Shown: positions 32,674 to 45,100 of the stretch, piece by piece
Layout of the letters: each line of letters starts with the position of its first letter
How positions within the stretch are numbered: position 1 is the stretch's first letter
Notes under the pieces: generated by a model
Told to the model about the DNA's origin: nothing
The model's database searches: none
The model's input: the letters and a program-made list of their open reading frames with translations, nothing else
Position numbers and translations under genes: made by a program
DNA from: Trichomonas gallinae
Lineage: Eukaryota
Length of the DNA stretch: 64,000 nucleotides
Direction: 5' to 3'
Assembly: GCA_008369845.1 (NCBI GenBank)
Contig: MRSU01000808.1
Location: 1-64,000, forward strand

Positions 32674-33147
32674 TCACTGATCATGATAATTGAGCAATGT
32701 AGATAAATCCATTGGGTCAAATTGCATTTTCTTTTGTAATTTGGCTTGTTCCATTAAAGCTTCAATTTCGGCTAAACTTTTCCTGCCACGGCGCTTGAAA
32801 ATTTTCCTCGCATCACTCTTTTTTTCGTCCAGGATGTTAACAACTACATCCCAATTCTCCGCATACCAGCAAAGCATAGCTCGCCTGTTCCTTTTTGCGA
32901 GCCTATCCAATGGAATGTTATATTTTTGCTCGACGATCCGCGCAATTGAGGTGAGGATCTCGATGTTCACGTGAGTACCAAAGAACTTGTCTACGTAAGA
33001 GCTCACGTATTCAACTTTTGGTCCTAAGTCAACAACACGCTTCTGGATCTTCTCATAGTCTCGCTGGGATTGCGGGGTTAACCTTTTGTACTTTGGTTCC
33101 GCAGGTTGGAGATGGAAGAGCTGTTGACACGAAAGCATCATACACAT
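32674..33147 (-). CDS. Small basic hypothetical protein, putative DNA-binding regulator (paralog 1)
   Basis: Homologous to 36640-37101 (TPQxQRDYEKIQ, LDRLAxRNRxAxLCWxxENWD, FDPxDxSxLLN). NLS-like KRRGRK and a TCATT element about 19 nt before the ATG. Confidence 0.8.
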   Translation of the reverse strand: MCMMLSCQQLFHLQPAEPKYKRLTPQSQRDYEKIQKRVVDLGPKVEYVSSYVDKFFGTHVNIEILTSIARIVEQKYNIPLDRLAKRNRRAMLCWYAENWDVVVNILDEKKSDARKIFKRRGRKSLAEIEALMEQAKLQKKMQFDPMDLSTLLNYHDQ

Positions 33148-36100
33148 GCTTTAGTACAGTAAATGAATTATGATTATTCAGAAAAGTTATTGAATTATCA
33201 CTCTCAATTTTTTTACTGGAATTAAAAAGATGCTCGTATTATGACATAGATGATAAATAATACAAAATCTTAACACATAGGGTCTCACAAAATTTGATCT
33301 ATGCAGAATTTTTTGTTCTCAAAATTTCTATTGAAAAGAATTCATTTCTCGTATGCCATTGAAATAATGTGTTTACCAAAGTGAAATTTTCAGTAAATTT
33401 AATTTCAAAGAAAATCTAATTCATTAATTCGCTCCATCAAGCTATAAAGAGCAGAAAAAACCAAAAATAGGAATCACATTTCGATAACAAATTGAAAAAT
33501 GTTTTGTCTGGGAAAGATTTATGTATAATACGAACTCCTATAGGTATAGGATAAGTATTTACTGATTATAAGCATCAAGAATGTAAACGTATCAAAAAAT
33601 AACAAATCAAGTTATTCATCTCCGTTTGCCACAAGGAAGACTATTTCTGTTGATTATTTTTGAAAAGCAAAAGACTGCAGAAAAATTCGATTTTATGCAT
33701 AGATACTCAGAATTCTGATTCACCAAAATAAGGAGTAAAGCAAAATATGAAACAAAACACGGAATTTTTCGCTCCATTATTTTTTTCAATCAAGTTCTCA
33801 TTTGTTTTCTTAGGCAAATTTATAATTGCAAAAAAGGAAGTTTTATTTTCACTTTAGTATTAATAAATAATATTTAAATTTGTTGATCAGCTCAGTAAAC
33901 AGAAAATCATGTTTACAAATCAGTTATTGCCTGAAAATATTAAATCAGGAATTTAATATGAAAATTCGAGTTCCTATACCACATAGATATGTGTTTTATC
34001 ATTACTTTTTAAATCGAAAAATTGATTTAATATGAAAGTTTTGAGATGAATAAAAACCAAATAAAATCGAATTAATGGTATATTAATGCTAATGATAACA
34101 TTTATGACATGATTCACATGGGGATTAGCTTATTTCGCTTAATTAATTTAGAATCGATTTCAAATCTCGAGATATTTATCGGTAAAAAATATCATAAATA
34201 TATGCAGTGCAACTCCAGCAGGTTTGAAAATATATAAATCTGTATTAATTTCAAATGAGGAGAAAAATTAAAACAGTAACAAAAAATCGAAAATTAGTTT
34301 AAAAAATATCGGAAAACAATACTTGATGAAATTAGTTGCCGATAATGAGAACTTTTCTATATTAATTATATATGACAGACCATTTAATTTCAATATGAAA
34401 TTGAAAATACCTCAAACTTTTGAAGACAAAATTTGGACCTCTTCACAAAATAAAATTTACAAATTGAGTTCGAGTTCGGTATGACAAATATAGGTAAAGA
34501 CCAAGGATTTTAGGCAAAAATATAAATAAGCTTTATCTATACTAAAATGACTTTAGAATACAAAAAATTGTTTTCCAAAGTTCGAAAAACACCTGTAATT
34601 TAAAAAATCTAAATTTAAATATAACATTGGCAATAATGATGTATATGTGATGGACATAGTCCGAAAAATGTAGCTATTTCACCTTTGAAAAGATTTTTTT
34701 CGATTTGACGATTTTTCATTTTTTGATATCTGTCTAATTCTATTAATGATAGTCTTATCCTTGCTGATATATGTATATATGTGCAATGATTATCCAGATT
34801 TCTCGATAACTAAATTATTTGTTGTTGAATTAAATATCAATTCATGCATTTATTATGGTATATTATATAGATGTTTATGTAATCATATATAATAGATCCA
34901 TTATAAACACAATTTTCCATAGAAATAATTATTTATATCTTTTCTAAATAAAGATAACAAATCATTTCCAAATGGATTTGGAAGCTATTATGATTAGAAT
35001 ATGTGTTGATTTAATATCAATTCATAATTCCAATGTTTTGAGATTAATAATCCTGATATAGGATATATATGATATATTGATCCTAAGTGCCTCCATATAG
35101 ATATTTAAAGCTTACTGATGACCATGGTACCTCAGAAATATCCAATTATTGATGATTAGTCACATGTTAATCATTTTTAAAAATCACATTGAAAAATCCA
35201 TAAATGGCTTTTATTTGAATACCGATTGTATTTTTTCGAAAATAAACTGCATAATATTGTTAATATGATGCATTAGAGTGTTGTTTATAGTTATAGGGAC
35301 CAATATTAACAATTTAAGTTTTCTATTCCATCTATTCAAATCTCGAACGTTACCCACAAAATTCAACATTAACATTGAAAAAAATTCTAAGATGATTCAT
35401 TGTTATTATTTCATACCCGAAGCATTTCCTGCCTTAAATAAGCCGATCTACGGCGAAATATCCAAAAATATATAAATGGGTCATAAAAAATAAAATATTT
35501 CGATTTTTGCATGGTGAAGGAAATGTTGCAAAAAATAATATTACAAACATAGATGGATTAATCATTGATATGAAATAAATTAATGATTAATTTTGTATTT
35601 TTTGATATTTCGTATCAGATACATGTAACAAATAGATGTAAGACGATAGACATTTTATCGAATTCAGAAGGACAGTAAAAATTGAAACGATGCCACCACT
35701 AATTTTTTATCGGAATCATATGCTTCTACAGACGGCACTGTAGCATGTGAGAGTATTTTTGTGACTGTAATTCTGCTCTGATTTTGTATACGTTCAAATA
35801 ATTGATAAAAACCGTAAATATATATTCTCAACCTATAAATTGCATCTATCCATGCAATATAAATAATTGCTAATAAAATAGATAGTGTTTAGGTCATATA
35901 TCGTCAATCTTTTACAGCGTTTTTCGCTTATTATAAATCGATTTAAATAAAAATATTGTCGATTAATATTAATTATCAAAAAAGAATGCGAGAAACACGA
36001 ATAATATAAAGTACATTATACATTTTTACATTCATATTACTACTTTGAGTCGAAAACAATAACAATTAAAAAATATGGAGATAAAGTTATTCTATACAAA

Positions 36101-36639
36101 AAATCATGATCAAGAAATAGTACATTTTCAAAATGTATCTCAACTTTTGTTAATAGCAAGTTATTTTTTTTTTTTTCGAATTTCATTATCTGCAGCGATT
36201 CTTCTCATAGTTTAAAAAGGTCTACATATAAGGAAGCTATTTTCATATACAACCTTATTTTCTTTCCTTACCAAAAATAAAATTCGAAATTTTTCATGTG
36301 AAATATCGCATTTTGACACTTTGTGTTAGTAAATTATTCTAGCTTGCCTATCAGCTTTTTATCCCTTAATTCCAATAAGAGTTTCAGACGATTTGTAAAT
36401 TCAGATATTTAGAAACTCGTTTCTGGAGCTTAAGAATTAGTTATATAGATAATATATCTTATAGTGAGTTGTTTAGTGCAATTAGAAAATTACAGGTGTC
36501 AATTGGTTTTCTGAGCAAAAAAATACGTTTTTGTTATTTATATTTTATATATAAAAAGAAATCTTTAGAACATTATAAGGCAGATTATCATATTATTTTT
36601 GAGGCCATTCAAAAAATTGAGAACTTGAATTGATTTTTT

Positions 36640-37101
36640 TCAAACATGGGTGTTAAGAAGGAGAGATATATCTGATGGATCAAAATATCCGCAATATTCT
36701 TCGCATTTGTAGATATTCCTGTTCCAATTTTCATCTGATTCGTCAGATTTTGTTTCATTCTTTTCACTATTCTTGTGCTTTTTCTCCTTCAAGTATGGGT
36801 GAATGATATCCCAGTTTTCGGTCATCCAGCACAATAATGCTGATCTATTTCTTCTTGCAAGTCTGTCAAGTTTTATTTTATGCTTCTCCGTGATTACATT
36901 TGCAATGGAAATAAGCATCATCGAAGTAACATGGGATCCAAAATAACGATCAATGTATGATGCTACATATTCTACTTTTTCTCCATTGAACTTTATTCGT
37001 CGTTGGATCTTCTCATAGTCCCTCTGGCATTGTGGAGTCCTCTTGCGGTGCTTGAGAGCTGGATTTGCGTAGGAAAGGTAGCTCACTTTGTGTGATGACA
37101 T
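36640..37101 (-). CDS. Small basic hypothetical protein, putative DNA-binding regulator (paralog 2)
   Basis: Same conserved blocks as 32674-33147, with TCATT upstream of the ATG. Confidence 0.8.
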   Translation of the reverse strand: MSSHKVSYLSYANPALKHRKRTPQCQRDYEKIQRRIKFNGEKVEYVASYIDRYFGSHVTSMMLISIANVITEKHKIKLDRLARRNRSALLCWMTENWDIIHPYLKEKKHKNSEKNETKSDESDENWNRNIYKCEEYCGYFDPSDISLLLNTHV

Positions 37102-39395
37102 TCAGAGTATATAATGATTATTGTAAATCAAACAAATATTTCAGATGTATTGAAAAAGAAATTGATAGTGTATGTTTTTATGCTCGCTTGGATTTTTTGC
37201 TTGTATTAAGATTTTAATCACGAAATAGATTGCAGCAAAATGATCTGTCAGACGATATTTATAATTGAAGCAGAATATTGCGGTTTTTATTCTAGAAATT
37301 GGTATATTGGAATTTTATTATCATTGTCTACCACCATGGGTTAATTTAAAATTGAGTGAGTGCTATGAAATATTCTAGTCTGAATTCAAATATTTTTTAT
37401 ATAATTGAATTGGATTATCCTTGATTTCGTTCGCTGAAACAAAAAGATGTTTGGTCTTGTTGTTGATATTTTGGAACTATTAATAATAATTGAAGCCGTT
37501 TTCAAAACGGACCCGTAAAATGGAAAACTATCAAAAGAACTATTTTTTAATTGGAAAAGAGATGTGTTTTAACTATAAAAACTTGTGATTTTGTATTGAA
37601 GTTATGATTTGTTCCCGTTCGGTAGTTATAAACGAATATTTAATTTTTATGCATTTCGAGTTTTAAAAAGATTTTTTTTATATTGGGTTAATTGCAAATT
37701 TCAGAGAAATCATAATCAAACTATCTTTTCATATTGTATACATAATTCTCCACCAATATTACGTGTTATTCAATGATGACCTGTAATTTTGTCAATTTCC
37801 GACTTTTTTGTTTCTGACAATTGAATTTTTTTATTACAGAATTGCTAAATTTGGAAATTCAAATTCAGCTTCATAAGCATCTGAAATCATATTCATTTTT
37901 TACACTGAATTCTCAAAATCTTCTCATTCAATTATCTCTTTGATCGAACGATGGAATCTTGATAAAATCTTTAATATTGTTAGATATTTTAATGACTAAA
38001 CAAATTAAATGGGGATAAAAAATTGAAGATGTTGCAATCGTCAATTGTTTATTTCAACTATGACTGATTAGAATATTTAGAACACAATTGGCAATTTTTC
38101 AGCACCGTTTGATTTAATTATTGAAATTGAAAATTGGTCATTGCGTAAAGAATTCAATTTTTCATAGTACATCTACCCTTTGGGATTTTCAGTTAATTCA
38201 CTCTTATAGACTGAAATTTTAATCTTTTTCTTTTGAATGATAAAATATTGGATTCAAAAGCTTTTGATTTTCGAGCAGAATATTTGAGATTGAAAAGTGT
38301 TTTGCCAGTATATTAGATAATAACTTCTACTATATTTTAGAACATCGGGGGTTCAAGACTGTAAAAATCAGCTTTTTTGATAATTGTGCATCAATCATAA
38401 CAATGCAGGCCTGATTTTGACATTGAAAATTAATTGCGTTGGAAATTTCCCAAAAATTCTAAGCACCATCAAAGGTCTTCACAAAAGTACTGCTGCACTT
38501 TATGCCAAATTTAATTATTGTTGCAAAAACAATCAGCATCCTTGATATAACTATCAGATTAAATGTTTATTGAATAAAATGAGAACTGTAATATTTATTA
38601 TTCAACTCAACGAATCTATATTATTGCAATATAACTGTCAAATATTTTTATGGATCTGAATGACGTAAAAATATGACAATTTAAAACATGGTGACTCTTA
38701 ATCCATAAATTCTGCCATAATATGGCATAAAACAAGCTGTAATATGCATTAATCACTGGGTTGGGTCCGAATAAAAGGTTTTTACACGAGTTTTCCAATT
38801 TCTATCAGACCAAAACTACTTAAAAAATGAGTATAGCAATGATGATAGATTGTTATTTTAAGTTTAATTTTGTTATTGGTGTAAACGCAAAACTGGGATG
38901 ATGAAAATGACTCTGTAATGATTAACCCAGATTTTATCTAACAAAACTGCCGATTCCATATAAGCATTCTACAAGCTCTTGAATGTTCAATCTTTAGCTC
39001 TTATCTAACTAGAAAATGTCAAAAAAAACATCGTCAAAAACAGCTTTGAATTGTAATATATGCTAATTAATTAGTGATTGACATATAGATCATCTAGGAA
39101 TACCTAACACATATAATATTGGCCGGAAATAACAACATTTTTGAAAGTGTTGCCATTTTAATCAAGGGAAATTAAGTTTATTAACAACAAAATGACAATG
39201 ACAAAAATTGAAATTTGCAATTTTTCAAATTTTTCTTAATCAAAATCGATTTTCTCGTTTAATAATAATATTTTTACAAATATAAATAATAAAATTGTTT
39301 TTATTTTAGATATTTAATATAGTAAAATAATTAAATTAATGATTTAATTTTGGAAAATTATAGGCAAAAGTGACAACTGTACGTTAAATTATTAA

Positions 39396-40745
39396 ATGTC
39401 TGAAATTGAAGATGAGTTATATGAAGAATCAGCGCCATCAACTATCAGTGTTTCAATCCCCAAGATGGAAAATCGTTTTCAAAATAGAGATGTTGAATTT
39501 ACTCCAAGATATCACGATCGCAAATTGGAAATTATCGCCCAAATCCATGAACTAAAAGAGAGATACAACTTTTTACAGGGAACAAGACAAAAACAATTAC
39601 AAAATTTAGTTTCGAACAACGAATTATTACAAATCAAATCACAAATTAGCTATTCTTTACTGAATAAGCAATCTATCGACTTAACAGACCTAATATATGC
39701 CCTTGTTGAAGAAGAAAGAGAATGCAGAACACTTGTAGAAAAACAAATTACTTTAGAACGCCAAATATCAAACGAAATCTCTGTAAGAGAACACTTTACA
39801 AGTAACTTAAAGATAATCAATGATGCTGTAGACTTATCAAATATACCTATTGACCCTATTAAACTTAAAGACGCTCCTATAAACAGTTTAGAAAGTTTAC
39901 CACTCCAAATTTCATTACTACAAGCAAAATACGAAAGCCTTAAGGTAGACTTAGACAACCTAGATAATGAGTACGACGCAAAGAAGCCAACTTCTCAGAT
40001 ATTGAATGATATTTCAAAATCTTATAATGCGCAGTGGAGAATTGAAGTATTGGGTCTAAAAGATGTAAATAATGATATTAAATTAATGAAACAGCAAATT
40101 TCCGACACTCAAAATTATTTCTCGAAATTCGAAGAATCAAACTCGATAGACAGGAAAAAGGTCATATCTAACAAAGAGTCTTACCAATCATCATATAACA
40201 GCCTCGTTCAGCAAATTAATAACAATATGAAATATTTCAACGAGCAAATTGCTATTTTAGATTCTGAAAAGCAGAAATTAGAATCAGATATTTATATATT
40301 ATCCAATTCTACCAAAGTTTTATCACAAGAAATCGAAGATTTAAATTCCCAATTAATAGAGAAAGTTAAGATACACGATATAATGAATGAGTTGATTCCT
40401 TTAGAGAGTAACTCATCTTCCAATGCAAATGATTTCAATCCTTATTCTGTTCTTGAAACGAGTTTGCTAAGCCACAAGAAACAACTATTAAAACAAATAG
40501 ATGAGTTGAACATCGGCTATATGCAAACAAGAACGAATTACAAGATATCAATATCTCACAAAAAGCATCAGGTTCAAAAATTAAATGAAAAATACAAGAA
40601 TGTCAAGCAAGAGCTTTCGAAATACAGAGTAGAAAGACACAAGGAAAACAGCGATGAAATCAACAATCTTCAAGAAACAGTCAATAAGAATCTCAATGAT
40701 TTGTTGAGTTTGGCTTCTATTGATGGATTAGAAAATACTCAGTAA
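39396..40745 (+). CDS. Coiled-coil hypothetical protein
   Basis: 449-aa ORF with heptad-like L/I/E/Q/K composition; AAAGTGAC at 39367. Confidence 0.75.
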   Translation: MSEIEDELYEESAPSTISVSIPKMENRFQNRDVEFTPRYHDRKLEIIAQIHELKERYNFLQGTRQKQLQNLVSNNELLQIKSQISYSLLNKQSIDLTDLIYALVEEERECRTLVEKQITLERQISNEISVREHFTSNLKIINDAVDLSNIPIDPIKLKDAPINSLESLPLQISLLQAKYESLKVDLDNLDNEYDAKKPTSQILNDISKSYNAQWRIEVLGLKDVNNDIKLMKQQISDTQNYFSKFEESNSIDRKKVISNKESYQSSYNSLVQQINNNMKYFNEQIAILDSEKQKLESDIYILSNSTKVLSQEIEDLNSQLIEKVKIHDIMNELIPLESNSSSNANDFNPYSVLETSLLSHKKQLLKQIDELNIGYMQTRTNYKISISHKKHQVQKLNEKYKNVKQELSKYRVERHKENSDEINNLQETVNKNLNDLLSLASIDGLENTQ

Positions 40746-42164
40746 TCTACATATATCTTTAATGTTTGTTATTTTTAAAATATACTATGTTATAAATTTT
40801 CAATATTTTCATATTCATATGTTTCTAAAAAGCATAAGCATAATAAAATCAACTTATCTTAATAATGCATATTTTAAGTTGCAAAAGGTGTAATTTTATA
40901 AATTTCTGATAAATCGCAATTAACAAATCTGATTTATAAGACAAAAACAGTCTTTTTATATAGAATGGTAGTAATAAAATTAAAATACACTGTGATGATT
41001 CAATAAATGTGAATATGAAGTCATGATTTTGTTAAAACTCGATTATTAACTTTAATTTAAAAACACTCATGAATAGTGCAATAATATCAGCTTTATATTA
41101 TGATACCGTAATAAGATACATGTAAATTCATTGAATTTTATCTTTGCATAATTAAAATGATGTATTTATCAATTGTTATGTAGATAATACGTGTCTAATG
41201 AGAATATTCCAACTGAATTATTATTGTCTGATCTAATAAGGAAATTAAATGTTTTCTCAAGAAAGATAATAAATTTAATCGTCCTATTCAATTATTATGG
41301 TACAATTTTTATGTTATATCAATGATCTATTTGCGTAGGAAACAAAAGTGAGTAATGAAAAATATATGAATTGCGAAAAAGATTAGATTTTGAGTGAACC
41401 TGTAAAATTATCAAGAAAGTTCGTTCTTTAATATTCTCTTTATCATGTGTATTCCTCAATGCAGTAAAAGAATACTCTTCTCCGATGAACTGCTGATAGA
41501 TGCATAAAAATGCCCATAATTTTATACTTATTCAAAATTATATCTTAAACTTATTTACCTCTATTTCATGATGTAATAGATTTTATGTAGTTTTGCAGTA
41601 GCAAACCATACACATTCAAATTCATATTCAGAAGAATTAGAAATTTATTTTATTCTCAAAATATAAAAAAACATTTTAACGAAAACTATCTATAACATAT
41701 ATGCAGTCGAATTATTCATTTTTTGTTATTTGTTTGGTTTTCAAAAGAAATAATTATAGTATTATATTGATATAGTATCATGAAAGATTTAATTTGTGAA
41801 ATGAAGGAAAAAATCATCGGCAATTAATTCTAATCCTCTTTTCGCATAGTAAAGCATCATTATTTGGAGTGTGATGATGAAAATTTGATGCCTGCATTTT
41901 GTATCCTATTTTTTCAATAAACCTTTTGCAATCAAGTTTTTATTCTCATAGAAAATCGAAAAAATTAGAATATGAGAAACCTCCATGAGCTGGTATTGAG
42001 TGTAAGCAAGACAAAAACACTTTTGATTTCAATTGTATTAAATCTGCAACAAATGCTGTGCACTTCAAGATTTGACGAAAAAAATTAGAGCGAAAATCAT
42101 TTTTAAATAACATAATTTTTTGAATTCTATGATTTAAAGATTGAGAGAGATCAGCCATTTATAA

Positions 42165-45100
42165 ATGCAGGAGAAGCCTTCTAGCGGATCTTCTTCAGCA
42201 GGTGACAATGTAGGTATGCCAAGCAAATTAGAAGAGTTAGTTGATATTCCTATATCTCATAAGACAGCACATGCACTTGTTGAATTATTTAATTATTTCG
42301 ATATCCATTCACCGAGGTTTAAAATAGTTTTCCAAATCATTACTATCTTTAGATTCTTCCAATTGATCGGCTGCTCTTTATTGACGACTAAAAAGGTCAT
42401 ATTCCAACCAGGAACATTAACATACCAAACAATGTCAATCATTTCGATATTCTTTCACTTGATTCCAATTCAATACAGAGAAGGAAACGAGAAGATCATT
42501 CTCATTGCTATAGATGTACTTCTCATAGTCTTCGGAATATATCTCCTTATTACTGCTTTCAATTACAAATCTACGTCGAAAGTTTCAAGAATATCAATCA
42601 TTATCTTAAGCAATTTCATCGCAATTGGTCCATTTTTGATATTACCGATTGCAGCACAATACACAGGTCAAATGCTTTCTCCTATAATAGCCAACAAACA
42701 GTTTAAGCTCACAGAAAGCTTACTAGCAGCAGTTACACTACTAGTCTGTTTGTTCTACATTTGGGTAATGATCAAAACATTCACAACAACGATCATTTTC
42801 AGAGCATCAAGTTTTCAGACACTTGAAGGTTCTCCACAGAACAAAATCTTCATCATTACAATTGTCAACACTTTACTATGCGCTCTTGCAACTGATTTTG
42901 GCTCATATTTAACAGTAGGCATCACTGCTTGCTGTTTGATTCTTTATGCTTTTGGAATTTCGACTCTTTTCAATTGTGGTACATTCATCAAGAACATTGA
43001 CCAGATTTTAGTTCTTGGTGGCTGCATATTGGGTATAATCATCAGCGTATCCAATGTTTATCCGAGCATGAAGATTGAATTCATCTACAAGGAATGGTTC
43101 TTCGTTGGATTCGTTCTTGCTGCCATTGTATCATTTGCTCTTGCATATTTAATTATTCATCTAAGAATCAAAGCTGATCTCAGACTTTTAGATGAAATAG
43201 AATCATCACAAGATATAACTATCATCAAATCCAAAGGAAAACTTAAACAGTTGATCATCACAGGTTTCAATTATTGCCATCAAATATGCATTGATTTCTC
43301 CATATTCAAAATGGCGATAAATTATTGGAAGGATGAAGTTGATGTTTGGGCAGCTTATGCAAAATTTGTTGCAATTTATACAGAATCATCAAACACATTG
43401 TCTTTCATTATCAAACATGTCAGCACAATCAAGAAGAATGCACACATGGTCAAATTATTAGAAATTTACGTGACTAATATCATCAACACGAGAGAAACAC
43501 AATTAACAAGACCATTGAGAGTCAAAATCAACAAAATCACGAAACAGTTCATCAAAGCTAAAAACAGACTGAGAAATATTTGGGACTTGATTCTCCAAGG
43601 AAGCACAAATGACATGGGACCAGCAATTAAAAATGCATACGAAAGTGTCAAAGAATGCGAAACAGATGTGTTATATTTGATCATGTTGTATCCTAACAAC
43701 AGATTCGCATTGAAACAATATTCAAGATTTTTATACGAAATAGAGTCAAACATTTTAGCCTACGAAAAGACAGTAAACGACATCAAGAAATTACAGCGTG
43801 GCTACAGAATATGTGCAGATACAGTTCATGATTTAGGTTATGAAGCATTTCCTAATCTACCAGATGCTATTCAAGAGATTGATGACGTCACTAAAACAGT
43901 TGGTGATGGAGAATCTGGTTTCTTAGTTGATGAAGAAGACATTGATTATAAACAATATGAAACAATATCAAGATTAATAAATGAACACAAAATTCCAGCA
44001 ATCAAATACATGTACATGACAACAATTTTATCATTCATCTTCTTATTCTTGATTCCAATAATCGTTATCTGCATTGTATTCTATACATTCGAAGACATGC
44101 TCGTTGAACCATTATCATACATGAAAGGCATCGCTAACATTCGTGATATTGTCAATGCAATTCCTTGTTTCACTGTTCGTGCTTTATTCGAAGAATTAGA
44201 AGATCCAAAGAGTCCTGGTAATAACATCATTGGTCCATTGACAATGGTTGAAGGGTTCCCTTGTACTGCCTTTGGTGGAGTTTACGCTGCCAGAAAAATC
44301 ATCGAATATTATGCAAAGAATGTTGGTGACATCAATAATTTAGTTTCAGGATTAAGATCATACAGAGTTGGAAATAATCACATTGAAAAAGTCAGAGATT
44401 TGTTATTCAAGAACATCTTAAATTACTACAGATTCCAAACAAAGGATGATTTCATTACAACAAAGATTTCATCTGTAGATGTTTCTTATTTCCTTGCATC
44501 AAGTGTTGGCAGATTGTTAGAATTTCCAAGGTTTAATGCTGAAATTGCAAAAGGTCCAGAATCATTAACAGTTAGAAATAACAACGTTTTAATCACACAA
44601 GCATTAAGTCAAGCAATGAGTTTAATTGTTGAATTCATTGGTGATGAATACGATTTCTATCAGATTCTTTTCTGGGTTCTCTTTGGAGTTTTGGCAGGTT
44701 TATCAGCTATTTTCTTCCCAGTAGTTTATTTCTTGCAAACGAGAAAACTTGCCAAGAACAAAGAAGCAATTATTGCAGCCATTGCTGAACTCCCAAAGAC
44801 AGTTATCTCAAATATTTCTCAATCATTCAATAAAGTTAAAGGAAGTACAGAAGAAAACTCAAGAACAAACAATTTACAAGAAAGTGAAATCAACAGACAA
44901 GAAGAGTCCATAATCAAATTATTCTCAACAATCACAGATGGTGTTCACACATCATCAAACAACATATTATTGCTTTGCTTCCTAGCTATCATTGGTTTAA
45001 GTGTAGGATGCTTCTGGCTTGCTGTACAATGCTATTTTGATGCTGCAGAAATCGAGCACACGAACTGCCATCATATTAACTATCTTTATGGTGGCGCCAC

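Noticed and set aside
37900..38900. Possible highly degraded BspA-like remnant (SAFFDNCASI near 38388)
   Set aside because: A single motif with stops in all frames; not supportable without a search.
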